From the NCBI GenBank assembly GCA_951406725.2, contig OX597816.1, positions 48,174,001-48,238,000 on the forward strand: 64,000 nt of DNA, given 5' to 3'. Origin of the DNA: Octopus vulgaris (taxonomy: Eukaryota). The notes under the pieces are model-generated. The model saw nothing but the letters and a program-made list of their open reading frames with translations. It searched no databases and was not told the DNA's origin. A program made the translations under genes and the position numbers. This document shows, in pieces, positions 1 through 12,351 of this stretch. Positions within the stretch are counted from its first letter, which is position 1; each line of letters opens with the position of its first letter.

Positions 1-16
1 GTGTTATAAAGAAACA

Positions 17-202
17 GGTATTTCGCCCGTCACTACGTTCTGAGTTCAAATTCCGCTGAGGTCGACTTTGCCTTTCATCCTTTCGAGGTTGATAAATTAA
101 GTACCAGTTACGCACTGGGGTTGATGTAATCAACTTAATTCCTTTGTCTGTCCTTGTTTGTCCCCTCTATGTTTAGCCCCTTGTGGGCAATAAACAAATA
201 AG
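17..202 (+). mobile_element. SINE family A (tRNA-derived), 5'-truncated
   Basis: B box GAGTTCAAATTCC, central ACTTTGCCTTTCATCCTTTCGAGGTTGATAAATTAAGTACCAGT, tail CCCCTTGTGGGCAATAAA. Colinear with the copy at 15142-15372. Confidence 0.9.
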
Positions 203-204
203 AA

Positions 205-290
205 TATACTTGGCCAAGGTTTTGCATGGTGGGACTGAACCTTAAACTACATGGCTTGTGAAATGAACTTCTCAACCACCCTGCCATGTC
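205..290 (-). mobile_element. SINE family B head fragment
   Basis: CTTGGCCAAGG...GGGACTGAACC matches the reverse complement of the family B head (12776 copy). Confidence 0.7.
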
Positions 291-999
291 AGTGAACACA
301 CACACACACATATACGTGTATGTGTATTTTTAAATACATGCAAGAGGATGAGAGTCATGAGGTGTTCTGGATTGCTCAATGATATTGCCAAAAGCAGGTG
401 GGCATCAGAGACAGATACTGACATACTAAAATTATCTAATCTCTCACAGCCAATCAGGTAATTCAGGAGAGTATCATACCAAATAACTGGCCTTGAAATA
501 TAACCATCAACTGCTGCAAGGGTAAAGGAGATATTCTTAAAAAAAAGTACAGAAGCAGCAAATTGATGGACAAAGTCATGAAAGTAAGAGAAATAATTAG
601 AGTGCAACTAATTAAGAAGGGACTTCGTTTAGATGAGGCAGACTCCACTCTGGGTTTGTGTACCAGGACAGTGTCCTAGTGATAACTTCTTACTAGTGAT
701 ACATGTGAAGTCCCTTAATCATTAAGCAACTTACCAACATATAATGCTTTGTAGTCTGGAGGATGTTAAAAAAAACCCCCAAAAAACATCAATATGACAT
801 ACTTACTGTATGTGCATTGTGGAACTGGAGTACTTCATCCAGGGGAGACAGACACCTTTTGAAGACAATTTTAAAAGACATGAAGACAGTGACATATTGA
901 TATTTAACAGTCATTTCTGCTCTTTAGTGCTACACACCAGAACGGCCTGTCTCTGCCAGCTAGAAGTATGTATACAGAAGAAAAGAGAAAAAAATTTAA

Positions 1000-1250
1000 G
1001 ATAGAGAGTTTGTGAGAGCTGTATAAGCTATGTACACAGGTGCTGTCAGCCAGATGAGCATTAGAAATGAGATAAGCTAAGAATTTAAGGTGCAGGCAGA
1101 TGTCTATCAGGGATCAATTCTCATTGTCTTGCCATTTATTATAATTCCTCTGGCTATAACTGAGACTAGTTGTCGATGAGAGCTTTTATAAAGCTTGATG
1201 ATCTGCTTTTAATAGCTAAATATGTCATACATGGAAACAGAGGCTAGAAA
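1000..1250 (+). pseudogene. RTE-clade LINE reverse transcriptase remnant
   Basis: Translates with stops and a frameshift as FVRAV*AMYTGAVSQM...VYQGSILIVLPFIII...ELL*/(A)DDLLLIAK, i.e. RT motifs QGS.LSP.LF and YADD. Confidence 0.75.
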
Positions 1251-1339
1251 TGGGATGTCTTAATGTTTTAGTCAACAGGAAAGCAGCCAAGATTCTATCT
1301 GCTTGCAGTGAGGAGGTGCAATGATACATATGCAGAAAA

Positions 1340-1740
1340 GTGCAGGTGTGGCTGTGTGGTAAGAAGTTTGCTTCCCAACCACGCTGTTCCGGGTTCAGTC
1401 TCATTGTGTGGTGCAGTGGGCAACCAAAGCCTTGTGAGTGGATTTGGTACTTAGAAAGTGAAAGAAGTCTTTTGTCTCTGTATGTGTGTGTGTGGATGGG
1501 TGGGTGGGTATCTATGTGTGTTTTTGGTACTTGTCCTCAACCACTGCTTGACAACCGGTGTTGGTTTGTTTACATCCCTGTAACTTAGCAGTACAGCAAA
1601 AAGAGACCAACGGAGGTACTTGGCTTAGGAAAATAAAAAAAATACTGGGGTCAGTTTGTTTGACAAAACACTTCAAGGCAGTGCTCTGGCATGACTGCAG
1701 TCTAATGACTGAAACAAATAAAAGAAAAAAGCGAAAAGGA
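1340..1740 (+). mobile_element. SINE family B, degenerate near-full-length copy
   Basis: Head GGTGTGGCTGTGTGGTAAG, B box GGGTTCAGTC, internal TG linker, 3' GTGCTCTGGCATGACTGCAGTC. Confidence 0.85.
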
Positions 1741-2534
1741 ATCGGTAGGAATTCTGTATTGAGTATGAATGCAATAGAGACATTGTGGATCACAGACAGG
1801 CTGACAGGAAAGAAAGTATTGGTATGCAACAGATGCATGTATTAATTACAATGCATATATATATATATAATTCATTAGATATTTGCATATTTATTCATTT
1901 TTCTTTATTAGTCTACTGATGGTATACTTTATTGTGAACTACTACTATCATTTTCCACACTCAATATATATATCCAGTAATGGCAAAAAAAGCAAAACAA
2001 AAAAAAAAGAAAATTAAGTGACTTTGTCTTTGTCCAGTTTGTTGTCTATTGATTTTGTGTGTGTTCATTGTGGCATCTCAGGAACTGCTGATGCTAGGAA
2101 ATTCAAATTTTATTTAATCAATGATTACTAAACAAAATAATGATTTTTTTGTTTTTACATTTCTTTTTCTTAGCAATTTATTAAGATGCTATATATGTGG
2201 CTGTGTTCTCTTTAACATGTCATATGCTGGGTAAGCTATGAATTATTTGCAAGTTAAAATTTATCTTTGTTACATGATAACAATATAGAATGGAAATAGG
2301 TTGATAAACACACTCTTTTATTCTTTTGCTGGTTTCTCAAAGGACTGAAGTGATGCTGGGACTCTGTATTCAAGCTTTTAGTCAATCATGTGTGCTTATT
2401 TCTGTCTGTTGCTTATTTCATTGATTTCTGTTTGTCAAACTGTTAAGCTGCAGGACATAAACAGACACAACATGAACACAGACAAGTTGAACAGGTTGTC
2501 ACATTTAGTTCTTGTTCAAAATTTCTTCCCTCCT

Positions 2535-2737
2535 ACGTTTGCCTGGGAAAGATGTTAACGAAAGATGGAAAGCTCCTCCTGGAAATCAAGAAAAGAATAG
2601 CACTTGGTTGGGTGTCCTTTTGAAAGGTGGAAAACCTCATGAGAAGTCCCAAAGCTTCCATGAAAATTAAAAGACAAGTCTTTGATGAGTACATCCTGCC
2701 AGTGATGATTTATGGCAGGGAAACGTGGGCTCTTGAC
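2535..2737 (+). pseudogene. RTE-clade LINE ORF fragment (post-RT region)
   Basis: YVCLGKMLTKDGKLLLEIKKRIALGWVSF*KVENLMRSPKASMKIKRQVFDEYILPVMIYGRETWAL has the RTE signatures EIK.RI..GW..F and YG.ETW. Confidence 0.8.
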
Positions 2738-2756
2738 ATTACTATCATTAATGCCT

Positions 2757-2858
2757 ATTTCTTTACTACCCACAAGGGGCTAAACATAGAGGAGACAAAC
2801 AAGGACAGACAGACAGATTAAGTTGATTATATATCGACCCCAGTGCGTAACTGGTACT
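2757..2858 (-). mobile_element. SINE family A 3' fragment
   Basis: CCCACAAGGGGCTAAACATAGAGGAGACAAACAAGGACAGAC is the reverse complement of the family A tail. Confidence 0.85.
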
Positions 2859-2869
2859 AGGAATGGTAC

Positions 2870-3385
2870 TAGGAATGGGAAATCAATCAGCAAGAGACCC
2901 AACCATAGATGTATAGCCCATTGTTCATCAGTTCTATCATTTTAATGTGCATTTTAACATGCTTATTATATGGGTTCTATAGCACTACATATTGCCAATC
3001 ATTACAGGAGTTGCAGCATCTTAAGAATAGTCTTTACTACTTTTCCCATGTCTTTTCAGGTATCTCTCCTACACTGTTTTTGTCCATGTTGAGCACTCAT
3101 CACATTCTTCTACAACTGTCATCCTTCATATGCATCATGTTTCTCATACCAGCATAGTTTTCTCTCACACTCACAGCACTCTGATTCCACTTATATCTAA
3201 TCCCCCCCCCCTCCTGGTTCATTTGTTCTCTGTCATTCATGTATACTAACATTACACATCCGTAAGATTATACTTGCTTCATTTATGTTTCTAATCTTTG
3301 AAAATCTTCTGCTGTCAAGACCCATATTTAGCTACCATGCAGCATTACACATCATGCACCTGCATCGTACAATGTTTCCTTTTCT
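2870..3385 (-). pseudogene. RTE LINE C-terminal ORF remnant, highly degenerate
   Basis: The minus strand gives fragments such as RNINEASIILRMCNVS and LDISGIR, resembling the RTE region after YGSETW. Many stops. Confidence 0.55.
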
Positions 3386-5487
3386 CTATACGACCTCAAC
3401 AGTCTTGTACTTATTTATTCTTGACATTTAGGTAAACTAAGGTACAGGGAATAGTGTCACTTATCAAATGACAATGTTCTATCAAATGTTATTTAACTCT
3501 TGCTTTAATTCACAGGTCAATGAAGCCTCTGTGTGGCTGCTTAACCTGTTAGAAATAGCAACCAAATTTCTCTCACATCACACTCAACAGTCTGAAATTA
3601 TCACAAAACACATTGGATAATGATTAATAGAAACATCATTGGTGGGGAAAAAAACATAAAGATGGAGTGGTCATAGCTGAAATATCTTTAATGGTGCTTG
3701 ATCTGAGCTGACCTCCAGATAAATAATCACAACTCAGTCTATGGTAGCAGTTAATTTCCCACTTGAGCATAACGGCTCATAATCTGTATAAAAATCTTAT
3801 CTCTGTATGTTGCTTCTAGGTATGTGCTGTGTTGTAATTTATATAAGATATGTTGGGTGACTTTTGGTTAAGAATCATAATGATTTTAACATTATAAAAT
3901 AAACTAATGTATTCCGTGTATTCTGAATTGTAGTTTCTTTTAAATGGCTGAGTTGTTAGGGCTTTAGATAAACAACTCACTGTATTTGTTCTAAATCACT
4001 GCATTATGATTCAAGTCCTTGCTTATCGTTATTTCAGGGTTGATAAAATAAATACTAGTCATGGCAGTAGATTATCAGATTTGCTATATTATCAGATGAT
4101 ATACCTTGCAGTATTTGTTATTACCCTTTGTGTTCTGATAGCAATGCCTGTAGTAACATTGGTACCAAGATGTATTGTTTCTAAAGAGTGGTCTTTCACT
4201 TAGATAACTTGCATGTATAGGTAACTGCCAGTCCTCCATACAAGTCTTGCCCAGGTCTGCACATGAAGGCACAGGTATATGGTCAATCTTGATTGACAAA
4301 AACTTGGAAAATTTTGAACAAGAATAAAAAAAGAAATAGGAAAATTGCTACTGCAGGAGAAATCAGACAAGGCTGGTCTGATTACTTACTATTGATTTTA
4401 CTATTGATTAACTACTATTGATCTTGAAATTATATAGGGTTTGGATGTTTATGGCCTGTGGACAGGATACAAGTAACAAAGTCTAAGAAAGAGTATCAGT
4501 AAAAATCGAGTAAGCTGTTTTAAATACAGAGCATTAAGAAGAAAAGCTAATCATGTTAAAAGGAATTGGATTAACAGTGCAGTGAACTAGTTTAAATCAA
4601 ACTGCTTTAGGGATCTTTGGCTGTAATAGCAACTCAAGAGTCTTGGAAAGGATTAATAATGGTTTATAGCTTGGAGGAGTTGACTTTCCGAAGATTTCTT
4701 TTTTTAACTTTATGATTCAGAAGCTAGTAACTAAATATATCACTGGTTGATGAGAACAATCATTATCTTTGTTTTTAAAGTTCTCTAGATTTACCTGCAA
4801 ACAATGCTTTCTACAAAGAATTCAAGAATCTGTTGACTTAAGTACTGGCACTGATTTCCATAGTAATAAATGCTTTGGTGCTTATATACTTTCACTTTTA
4901 TTGTACGCTGGTTCATTGAAATGCTAATAATCTTTTTATCTATAATAATATTTGCAAACAACTTTCCTGAAAACTCAAGTAGCATCATTGATCATTTTGG
5001 TGCTTAAAATTCTCAGACCAATCTCTAATATTCTGATAAGGCATTTTTATTTGAAAAGGAGAAAAGAAAAAAAGAAGAGGCGATAAATACATTTTTGTGG
5101 AGTGTGATTTTTAAAGTGGTTCACTATTATTTTTGCTTCCATAAAAGAGAATTCGGCAAACTGTTGAATGCAAATAGATAGTAAATTACTGGTGTAAATA
5201 GCTGGGTAAAATACTTGATTTAACTTGTGTAAATAGAATATTTTGACTGATGCAATAAAATTGCTTATTTAACTTGTGTAATAGAATTTTTAACATAGTT
5301 TCTGTAATGGACTTGTCTTTTTTTTTTTTTTATGAAAACAAAAAAAAAATGATTCAATTATTTAAATAGATTCTAGAATATATAACTGGAATATAAAACA
5401 TTCTCTTCATGTTTGTGGAGCTGTATGTTTAGTTAAGCATTGAAATGTGGAACTAAACATTCCACATTACAGAAATAGAAATGTTTG

Positions 5488-5700
5488 CTCATCACCATCA
5501 TTACCACCACCACCACCACCACCACCACCACCATCATCATCATCATCGTTAAATTCATCATCATTATGTTCATCATTATCATTATGTCCATCTCCATCAT
5601 TAAATTCAGCATCATCATTAAATTAATCATTATCATTACATTCAACATTATCATTTATTTTCATCGTTGTTATCTTCATCATTATATTTATCATATGTCT
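5488..5700. repeat. (CAC)n/(CAT)n trinucleotide low-complexity tract
   Basis: Directly visible; explains the Met/Ile/Thr-rich ORFs 5433-5654 and 5485-5718. Confidence 0.9.
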
Positions 5701-7990
5701 GAATTTCCATGGTTATGATTTGAAAAATCTGCAAAATAACTTATCTTCATTCGTCATTATCTCTTGGTGAATTACTGACATACTCTCTTATCTCTCTATA
5801 TTAACCATTTCATTCTCTGCATCCTCCTGAAATTATATCTAATCTAGCACTCCTCTAAGCTTGTACAGCAACATATACAATCTGTTTTCTTCATCTCTTC
5901 TCAGTACAACTGTGGTAGATTTTTCTGGCAAAACACACACACATAAAAAATAAAAAGACTTCATCAAACCTCAGTCGATGCCAGTCAGTCTTAATTCCTC
6001 ATTTCAGCTAAGTCTCTTACTCAGATTCATATTATACATTCAAAGCGTATTTCTAAATATTGTTCGAAAGTAGTTTATTTGTATTAGATCTTTCACAATG
6101 AACTCTTCAAGTTCTTTCCTGTCTGCTACAGAATTTCATTCTTTCTGTCTCTGCTACTGCTATTCATTTTTGTAAATATCCTACTTCATTCTAGCCTTAT
6201 CATTCTCATCATTTATTGTTTACTCTAGATTACAAATAAACATCAATTTTAATATTGATTACTTTCTTAGACACAAAGCCAAAATCGTTTTTTTTTTTTT
6301 TTTTTCCTTTTTACTTTTCATATTTTTTTCCCATTTTCTTTTGAAAGGCGAGAGGAAATGATTGGTATGATCCCAATAAATTCTTAGTATTTTGGCATTT
6401 ATTTTAGCTACAGTGAAGATTATAGAAGGCAATAACTAACCTCAACAGGATATTGAAATCATATATTTTTTTTTAAATATTTTTCTTTTTTACCCAATTA
6501 ATATTGGAGTTGTCAATTGTATCCCAGATGTTCAGGAAAACCTTGCAAAATCATCTAAATCAAATTCAATGACAAGGATTCAAGTATAGAATAATGGTAT
6601 TAGCTTGATACAATCAATCATATATGGTTAGTCAAGGTCAGAAGTGAGGATATTGTATAGGATATGCCAGAAATATAGGCCATCCACCAGTAGTTAGTTG
6701 GCTGTGCATGCATGTTTATTTTCACTTCCATCAAAATCATAAGTATTATAATTTTAATTAAAGAATTTTTTTCTTATTTATAATGACATTAATGACCACT
6801 TTGAAATACTTGCAACTGTATAACTTGAAGTGAACCAAACATAACTTGGCATAATTACACTATAAACAGTGTTTTTACAGCAAAGATTCTAAATGATAAT
6901 TAAACAGCTGTGGCCAAGTTTGTAATTTAAACTTCAAAGTTTCCTTTGTAGATCTTCAGAAAGAACAGCTTTAAGTATATATATCACTGACAAAAGAGAA
7001 AATTTAGATTATTTCAATTTGGAAATCTCCCTGACAGGTGCCAATCTTTGTCCAGTTACCTCAAGATTGAATTATTTATACCAGAAAGATAAGAAAACTT
7101 GCTTTGTCAGTGGCTAGAAGCCAGTAACATATTGAATTTGAGGTCAGTTTATTATTCTAGTCAATAACTTTTAACTCTTATATGTCAATTACAAAGCAAT
7201 AGATGAGACATTTTTCTTAATTACAACTCCTGATAAGAATACCGGCATGGTATAGATATTTCAGTCTTGGGAAAGGAAATTAGGTTCAATTGCTATTTGC
7301 ACAACAGATTTATCTTTCAGATTTTCTGACAGTTAGTGCCAATACAAATATTGAAACTGTTATATTTAGTTAGCATGGTTGAGAAGATAGATGTTGTTGT
7401 TTAGCCCCAGGTCAGCTGTGATTGAGCAGATGTCTAAATCAACAGCTTCCCAACTTTTGTAATTCTGTCTTATTTATCTAGGACTATATAATCTAATTGG
7501 CAGAGTCATTAAAGTGTCGGATTGACTGTCTTGCCGTAATCACTCTGACTGTGTTCTGGGTTCAAATACTACTGCAGTCAACTTTGCTTTACATCTTTTC
7601 AGGGTTGGTTGATAAACTACCTGTATATGATTTTCCATTTTTTCATGAGTTAGATGGCATTTATTGAGATAAACCTTCTATAGCCAGATGTTCTATTCTG
7701 TCACCAACATTTGCCTGTTTCCATGCACGGTAATATTTTTCCCTAGTCTGGACATATTTCTGTGGGAGATTTTAAACAAATAGCATCACTTGTATGTATG
7801 AGGGTAATGTATGTTTACAATTAGAGCAATGTATCAAGGCTAGGAGATAGAAGCACACACCACACACATACACATCCACCATTACATACATACACTTACC
7901 CACACACATACATACGACGTGCTTCTTTTTTTAGATGACCCTCACCAGATTCATTTAAAAGCTTTGATCAATCTGGTGCTATAGTACATA

Positions 7991-8930
7991 CAGGGTGTTT
8001 AGGTTAAATTTGATGGCTTGCATAAAAGGAAAAGAGAACACAATATACCATCCAAAAATAAAAGTATCTTCAAAAAATAAAAAGATATCAACTTGATTAT
8101 GACTGGGAGATAACAGTTTACTCAAAGTAGCATCCTTCAGCTTTTATCGCAGGCTCATGATGGCTCTGGAACATGGTGCATGCATTCTTCACTGCATCCC
8201 TGGGAAGATCTTCAAACTACCTCCTTGATCTTGGCCACTTGGTGTTGCAGACAGAGTGGTTGGTGTCTTTCTTGATTGTGCTCTGGATACAATAATCCAT
8301 GGGATTGCAATTGATGGGAATTATGAGGCCAGAAATTGGGGCTGGTGAAGTCATAAAAAATTCTACAACCACCACGTCTGTCTTTTTCTGGAGGTATGGC
8401 AAGGAGCTGAATCCTGCTGCCACATATATGGCAACTCTCCAGCCAGGTTTTGACCCCAGTCTCCAGCCAGGTTTTGACCCCAGTCTCCAGCAATTTCACA
8501 CAGCTGTTTGGAACTGAGCTTAAAGCCCTGTTGAAAAATGTGGGGCAGCAGGACTTCACCCAAAGACCATCGTAGTTTGGAGGAACTTCTTTTCCATGAA
8601 GTCCGTGTCACATCTTACAATCATTACAGTTTACTGTTCAGAGTTGATCAGCAGTCATGATGTTGGCATTTGGATTTCCAGATGCACTACATCTGAATAC
8701 AAGATGAGATGGTCAAAGTTGGAATGCCTTTGTCATTATTAAACCGGTGTTTGGAATGTAAATTAACATGAAATTTTGATAGAAGGTCACTCTCTTTTCC
8801 AATATTCAGATGGTTTTCAGTTCTCCATATTTTTAAGCTCTCCAACACTGTTGACTATTCACCAATATATCAAGCTATTCCTGAAAAAAAGCAGATGTAA
8901 AAAAAAATCAAATTTAACCCAGACACCCTG
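7991..8930 (-). mobile_element. Tc1/mariner-superfamily DNA transposon (maT/DD37D-like), deleted non-autonomous copy with TIRs and TA TSD
   Basis: Left TA|CAGGGTGTTTAGGTTAAATTTGA and right TCAAATTTAACCCAGACACCCTG|TA. Minus-strand fragments WQQDSAPCHTSRKRQTW and NCNPMDY. Interrupts a family B SINE. Confidence 0.88.
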
Positions 8931-9119
8931 TACTTAACCATGGTGCCATGAAGCGGGACTGAACCTGGAATTATGTTGTTGGGAAGAACCACACAAGCAT
9001 ATCTACAACTACAATATTGACTTTTTAACACTTATGCATAATAAACATTCCAGTTGCATTTGAAAGGAAGAATTAAAATAAATACGAATAGATAAGCTGA
9101 TCATATAAATTATCATTCA

Positions 9120-9485
9120 TATTTGCTTTAACCATTGAACTGTAGCCATACAGGGACATGACCCTCAAAGGTTTAGTTGGTCAAATAAACCACTGTACAG
9201 ATTTTTTAAAAGTCTGGTACTTATTCAGTCAGTTTCTCTTGCCAAACTGCTAAGTTACATAGTTGTAAACAAAACAGAACCAGTTGTCAAGCAGTGGGAA
9301 GGTTAAACACAGACACACAGGTATATATGTATGATTGGCTTTCATGCAGTTTCCATGTATCAAATTCACTCTCAAGGTATTAGTTAACTCAGGGCTATTG
9401 TAGAAGATACTTGCCCAAGGTGCCACACAGTGGAATTCAACTCAAAAGCACATGATAGCACAGTAAACTTCTTAAGCAAACAGCC
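9120..9485 (-). mobile_element. SINE family B, degenerate
   Basis: CTATTGTAGAAGATACTTGCCCAAGGTGCCACACAGTGG and the 3' part CCAAACTGCTAAGTTAC. Confidence 0.8.
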
Positions 9486-10479
9486 ATTCTTTTGGCTAGA
9501 GCAAGTTTCAAATAACATTTAGCACCTCATACCAGTTTGGTGTTGGAGCATCATTTCTTGTTTTTTTTTGCATCAAAATGCCAACAGCTTCTGAAAGGAA
9601 TATATATGTTGAGCTTCAGCTTGCAGTGAAAATTTTTAGTGTGTTTTTAACATTAAAATTACATAGAGCTGCTCAGGATTTAAAATATATTGACAGATGT
9701 GAACATTTTGAGGAATGTTAGTACTTAAAATGGCTACCTGAACCAGTTTGTTCAGCCATGAAATGCAACTGTATATGGATTATGGTTAAATGCTGGAATG
9801 AAATTTGTCCAAATTATCTGGAAATTTTATAGCTTCATATAATAGCTTTCAAAGTAATTTCACATTATTTACTCCTCAAGAAGCTGGAAAATATGCATTT
9901 TTGGAAAATGTACAAATATGATACTGAAATTTTCCTCAAAAACATTACTGGCTACAATAATTTGAATTGCTATAATAGATATGAGATGCTTGCTTTGCAA
10001 TTTTTCTCAGCATCTGCATTATGAGGTATATAGTTGCAGCAATGAAATACAATGGTGCTTATTTACTAGAAAAGAACCCTTTTGTGGTTACTCAGTCAAA
10101 AGTACTCTAAGTCACATCTTACCCTATTAAAGGAAGACACATTAAGTGATGTATTTCCAAATGCACTACATCTGAATATAAGATTTGATGGTCAAAGTTG
10201 GAATGCCTTTGATCAGGTGTCTGTGCTCTCTGGTATTTAATAAAATAACTTTGTCATTATTAAACTGGTGTTTGGAGTGTAAATTAACATGAAATTTTGA
10301 TGGACAGTTTTAATTTAGGCCACTTTAAAATGGGAAGTTTGTACCATAGAACCAGGGGTGGTCTCAAGCAGGTTGGTATCAAAAAAAGTTAAAGTGGTTC
10401 TCATCTGGGATTCATATAGCCCTTAGGGGTCCATGTAATTTGTTACAATACACAAAATATTTTGATAATTTTTTTTTAA

Positions 10480-10960
10480 TGACTGCGAAGACCCGACGAA
10501 TGATGTGAGTTCATGGCTCTCAGAACGGACTGCTGTGCTAACCTTGGATCGTAGAGTGACCTGCTGTGCTTGAGGAGACCTATTGAGTCAAGTACGTCAA
10601 CATCAACATCAAAATAAAAATCAAATGGAAATTGTAGTTATGTTACCCGTGCTGTTGGCACATAAAAAGCACCATCCAAATGTGGCTGATGCTAGTGCTG
10701 CCTGACTGGCGTCCGTGTCAGTGACACATAAAAAGCACTAACTGATCATGGCCATTTGCCAGCCTCCCCTGGCCCCTGTACTGGTGGCAAGTAAAAAGCA
10801 CCCACTGCATTCATGGAGTGGTTGGCGTTAGGAAGGGCATCCAGCTGTAGAAACACTGCTAGATCAGACTGGAGCCTGGTGCAGCCTCCTGGCTTCCCAG
10901 ACCCCGGTTGAACCGTCCAACCTATGCTAGCATGGAAAATGGACGTTAAATGATGATGAC
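10480..10960 (+). mobile_element. RTE LINE 3' UTR (family C end) with three internal GGCACATAAAAAGCAC-like repeats and (GAT)n tail
   Basis: Ends GGAGTGGTTGGCGTTAGGAAGGGCATCCAGCTGTAGAAAC...GGACGTTAAATGATGATGAC. A related end is fused to an RTE ORF at 58975-59370. Confidence 0.75.
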
Positions 10961-11903
10961 AGTTCCTAACAATATAATGTAATTTGATTTGATAACACAT
11001 CAAATGGCAAAGAAGATCTATCTGAGTAAAATAGTAACCAAAGATATCCATAAGTAGGAAATGGTTGAGAAACACTGAGCTAAACAAAAGAACTTCTTTA
11101 CAGCTTGGTATACTGAACTATTGAGGGTCGAGTGTCTTTGTCAAGGACACAGAACAACACTGACAAGATAGAAACTGTCAGCACTCACTTGACAACAACA
11201 TCATAATGACCTAGCTTCCTATTACTCTCAATAGGAAAGAGAGAGAGAGAGAAAAAGAGAGAGATCATTAAATCAATAGGAAATTAAGAAATAATTTGGT
11301 GTGTTTTGGAACTGGAGTCAGTTGGAATACTATGCGGTATATATATATATATATGGCATTATATGAGCCAAGATATTCCATGCTAATAAGTGAGTGTTGT
11401 GGCAATTACTAGCTGAATTGGAAATTTTAGATGTCACAATTAAATTTTATATGCAATTTGATAGCATAGATATCAAAAGGTAGATAAGATTTCATCAATT
11501 ATTTGGAAGTGATCCTCTTTAAAGACTCCTGACTGTCTTGAAGATGCAGCATATTATCTAAATAATTTAATAATCAGTAGAAGTTTAACTTATAAACCTA
11601 GTTAAAGTCGATTCTTTTTTAAATACTAATTGAGTCCATGAGGCATTTTGGTTTTGTGCATTTATATATATATTTGTGTGTGTGTTTGTGTGTAAATGTA
11701 AGATCCAAGGATCAAGGTGTAGAAAGAGAGTGAGTTTTAAGCAATCCCTAGAAAATATTTAAAAAAACCATCTTTCAGGAAAAATAGAGGTTTATTGGAG
11801 TGGAAAGTTGTGGACTTTTTCCATATCAAAGTATAATCTGAAGAAGAAAAAAAATGTTACATCTCATGACAGGCAGCCAAGGTTGCCAGGTATGCAAATA
11901 AAA

Positions 11904-12202
11904 ATCCAAGCGTTAAGGAATGGAATAGATAAAATCCAGGATTCATATGTTTCATAGCGATTAGAACCTCAGAAGTGGTAAATATCCAAGCGAGATGTAT
12001 ACCACAGGCTACTCTTTTGATCAAATCCTCCATGTGTTAACACGGGCCACCTAATGACAATGTAAACTCCAGTTAATCTTCTTGGCCCGAAGAGTAGCTT
12101 GTGGTATACACTTCGCTTGGATATTTACCATTTCTGTGGTTCCACTTGCTATGAAACAAATGTAATCATAACTTTGTCTACTCCATTCCTTAACTCTTGA
12201 AT
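11904..12202. mobile_element. Fold-back/MITE-like element with ~113-bp inverted arms
   Basis: 11904-12016 is the reverse complement of 12090-12202 (e.g. GGTAAATATCCAAGCGA / TCGCTTGGATATTTACC). Spacer 73 bp. Confidence 0.85.
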
Positions 12203-12351
12203 ATGTGTGTGTGTGCACACAGAATTTAAGCTTAGTTATTGATGTGCTGAATGCATATGTTACTAGATTAGAATTCAGTTTTCACCTATGTTAAACTTAC
12301 TCTCACATATTATTTAAACACACACACAGACAAGCACATGTATATCTTATA

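Noticed and set aside
272-648. 111-aa and 61-aa minus-strand ORFs and a 10-bp inverted repeat (AAGGGACTTC/GAAGTCCCTT) nearby
   Set aside because: No recognisable motif or splice structure, and the inverted repeat is too short to call an element.
3805-3826. TTGCTTCTAG|GTATGT, a possible recursive splice (ratchet) site
   Set aside because: Such a motif is expected by chance in 64 kb of AT-rich DNA and there is no independent support.
5219-5287. ATTTAACTTGTGTAAATAGAAT repeated 48 bp apart; 3 x TACTATTGAT near 4386-4421
   Set aside because: Ordinary short slippage duplications in AT-rich DNA.
12043-12089. CTAATGA inside a 7-bp stem in the fold-back spacer, as a possible hammerhead
   Set aside because: No stem II plus GAAA plus NUH arrangement abutting stem I can be drawn.
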